From assembly GCA_036172245.1 (NCBI GenBank), contig JAYWIR010000130.1, forward strand, positions 61,474-81,473: a DNA stretch of 20,000 nucleotides, read 5' to 3'. Below, in pieces: positions 19,302-20,000 of this stretch. The number at the start of each line of letters is the position of its first letter. Position 1 is the first letter of the stretch. The translations under genes and the position numbers were made by a program. The notes under the pieces were generated by a model. The model did no database searches. It saw only the letters and a list, made by a program, of their open reading frames with translations, and was not told where the DNA came from. This DNA is from Raillietiella orientalis (Eukaryota).

Positions 19302-20000
19302 ACTGGCGATGCGGCGCCCGCAACACTTGTGTGGTCGCGTTCTTCCTAAAGCCAGCCATTAACGTGGCCGTGAAGGACGTGCGCTTTGGGGACGACGGAC
19401 GGATCGGCGAACTGATTCTCAGATGGTCCGATTCGATCGACCTCATAGTCACCAATGTGTACGCTCCTAGCGGTAAACAGGGACACCAGCAGCGCAACGC
19501 GTTACTGGAAACCTTAAAGCGCGAATGGCTGGTGGACGAGGACGTGCGAAAGGCGCATCTGATATCAGGGGATTTCAACGTCCGTCTGCTATCAGATCAG
19601 CCCGGAGCACAGGGGAACGCGATCAACAAGTTGTGCGCCGCCATGCGCGCGCGCAACTTGTTGACAGAAATAAGCGGGATGGTCAACAGCGTGGACCACG
19701 TCTTCCTCGACGAAGACCTGTGCACACGGGTCGGAAAACGAGGGACACTTGGATCGACGCTGTCGGACCATTCCCGGTTAGTATTCGAGATGCGCCCGCG
19801 CGACAAAAAACCGCCATCCAGGGATTGGCGTATGCCAGTGGACTGGCCGCGCCTGTCAGGAGCAAAAGAAAATTTTCGCGAATTCCTGCGAGGCGTCACC
19901 CTCTAGAGTCTCGCGGATAGGGACCTATTTAAGGAATCGGTCCGGGAGTTCTGCGAACAGTTCCCAGTGCAACGTCTGCCCCGGGGATTCGGCGTTATCA

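Larger units (their letters stand above)
16147..20000 (+). mobile_element. Element G: apparently 5'-complete relative of A, interrupted by K and running off the right edge
   Basis: 5' UTR motif shared with A, then ORF1, then an endonuclease split at GGRL|YWR by K. 5' boundary approximate (16147-16160). Confidence 0.92.
17939..20000 (+). pseudogene. Element G ORF2 APE endonuclease, split: 17939-18131 and 19302-20000
   Basis: WNINGLRDDG...LLQEIHV...GGRL before K; YWRCG...NVYAP...GDFN...VDH...SDH...WRMP after K. Confidence 0.92.

Noticed and set aside
19157..19906. 249-aa ORF as a novel fusion protein
   Set aside because: Its N-terminus is the antisense of K running by chance in frame into the second half of the G endonuclease.
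1..20000. RIP-like hypermutation or an alternative genetic code explaining in-frame stops
   Set aside because: Stops occur at different positions in different copies, replace various residues and co-occur with frameshifts. The mutation spectrum cannot be quantified by eye.

Overview
Essentially the whole 20 kb is a nested, degenerate cluster of eukaryotic non-LTR retrotransposons of one L1/Tx1-like lineage. ORF1 has an RRM-like region, two CX2CX4HX4C knuckles and a low-complexity tail. ORF2 has an APE endonuclease, a reverse transcriptase with YADD and a C-terminal CX2CX7HX4C. I resolve about 12 pieces (A-K plus B') on both strands. None is intact, and I see no host gene, RNA gene or other TE class. 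Main observations: (i) all six 3' ends lack poly(A) and end in a conserved CCCGG-N5-CCGGG hairpin after structured 3' UTRs of three types; (ii) two nested insertions have 14-bp TSDs; (iii) several independent insertions fall antisense at equivalent CGCC-containing sites in the EN-RT linker of related elements, suggesting self-targeting; (iv) the endonuclease seems to lack the beta-hairpin loop that governs L1 target choice; (v) the RT carries a roughly 25-aa lineage-specific insertion; (vi) ORF1 and ORF2 overlap at an ATGA. All alignments were done by eye, so boundaries not fixed by TSDs are approximate. The host organism cannot be identified.
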